In this document: positions 63,023 through 64,000 of the stretch, one piece after another
Position numbering within the stretch: the first letter of the stretch is position 1
How the letters are laid out: each line of letters starts with the position of its first letter
NCBI GenBank assembly: GCA_050273025.1
Contig: CP158636.1
Span: forward strand, 2,852,001-2,916,000
DNA length: 64,000 nt
Source: Cenococcum geophilum
Taxonomy: Eukaryota
Direction of reading: 5' to 3'
Position numbers and translations under genes: made by a program
Notes under the pieces: generated by a model
What the model saw: only the letters and a program-made list of their open reading frames with translations
Told to the model about the DNA's origin: nothing
Database searches by the model: none

Positions 63023-64000
63023 TGTTACGGACGCTTTAAGTACAATGTTATAACTACTTAGAGAAGAGACGGAAGAAGCTAGTTGGTTAATTTAGGCACG
63101 GTCTAGAATAGAGCCGATAGAACTATGTGATGAGGAATGGTAACTAAGGTCATATAATATGCTACGTATTAAACGAGAGGAACGAGAGGAACTTATATAC
63201 CTTATATATAAGACATATATTACGTATAAGAAGGATTTTATAGGAGTACGGTTGTGTATTTAAGGACCCTTAGTCCCTACCTAGATAGTTCCTTCTTTAT
63301 AGTAATTCTTAGAATATAATTAGAGTTAATCTGTTAGGCAACTACTCTACTAGTTATTATTATATTGTTGACTTTTGTACTTACATTTCCTATACACCTA
63401 GCCCAATAACGAGCCTATTATAGTTCTTGCTATAAGGTTCCGTTATACAATTACTACCTAGTTATAGTATTAATATAAGAAGTTAAACAACATGCCACTA
63501 AAAGCAGCCACTATGATGCCATTAACGGCAGCAACTATTTTAAGGACAGAAGGTAATACTAGTATAGTAAATACTAACTTATAGCAACCTATGACGGTTG
63601 GACAGCTATAGGAAATAGTTAACTAGTTAATAGCTAATAATATAGTATTAGAAGAAAGACTTAACGGGATAGGAGTAGTAAAGATTAAGCTACTATTAAT
63701 TAAGAGATTTATAGGAGAGAGGTTAAAGCTTAAAGGATTCCTTATATAAATGCACTTTAAGGTCTTATAGGAGGGAGTAAAGTTACCTATATCTGTGGAT
63801 TAGATAGCCTATATAGGACTATTCTTATTAGGAAAAGCACTTAAGTAGTTTAAACCTTATCTTACGGAGATATAGGCAAATGGAATGACGACCACTAACT
63901 AAGATATGCGATTTATGTTCTTAAGTTAGGAAGAATTCACAAAATAACTTACGCAGATATTTAGAAACCTAGAAGAAATAACTATAGCAGAAAGAAAACT
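63023..64000 (+). mobile_element. Ty3/Gypsy family A, copy 5 (5' LTR 63023-63447, gag from 63492; runs off window end)
   Basis: Aligns with 24935-25912. Confidence 0.95.

Noticed and set aside
1..64000. Alternative genetic code (TAA/TAG read as Gln) or organellar origin suggested by the many in-frame stops
   Set aside because: Stops also replace Trp, differ between paralogous copies and come with G>A changes in other codons, which is the pattern expected from RIP.

Overview
Eukaryotic, filamentous-ascomycete-type heterochromatic DNA. Almost the whole window is nested transposable elements degraded by RIP (repeat-induced point mutation): TpA is strongly enriched, and Gln/Trp codons have become TAA/TAG. 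No intact protein-coding gene was found, and the supplied ORFs are artefacts or TE fragments. The only likely host gene is a tRNA-Ser(AGA) at 58045-58125 (-). Retroelements: five copies of one Ty3/Gypsy chromovirus family (family A, 425-bp LTRs, one full length), several other Gypsy families, a gag-only Copia-like element, a LINE remnant and solo LTRs. DNA transposons: a hAT, three piggyBac-like elements, a Tc1-like MITE, Mutator-like TIR elements and a CryptonF tyrosine-recombinase element. One stack is nested six levels deep. Most interesting observations: (1) a spliced antisense gene with a Zn(II)2Cys6-like motif plus coiled coil inside chromovirus A; (2) piggyBac-like elements that duplicate AT rather than TTAA; (3) a 12-bp GTGCAGAGCYTC array shared by unrelated DNA transposons; (4) CCAATTGG+hairpin modules shared and reshuffled among Gypsy 3' UTRs; (5) a possible convergent cargo ORF in the hAT. 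Protein motifs were read by eye after mentally reversing RIP, so they are reconstructions. Family letters are my own labels.
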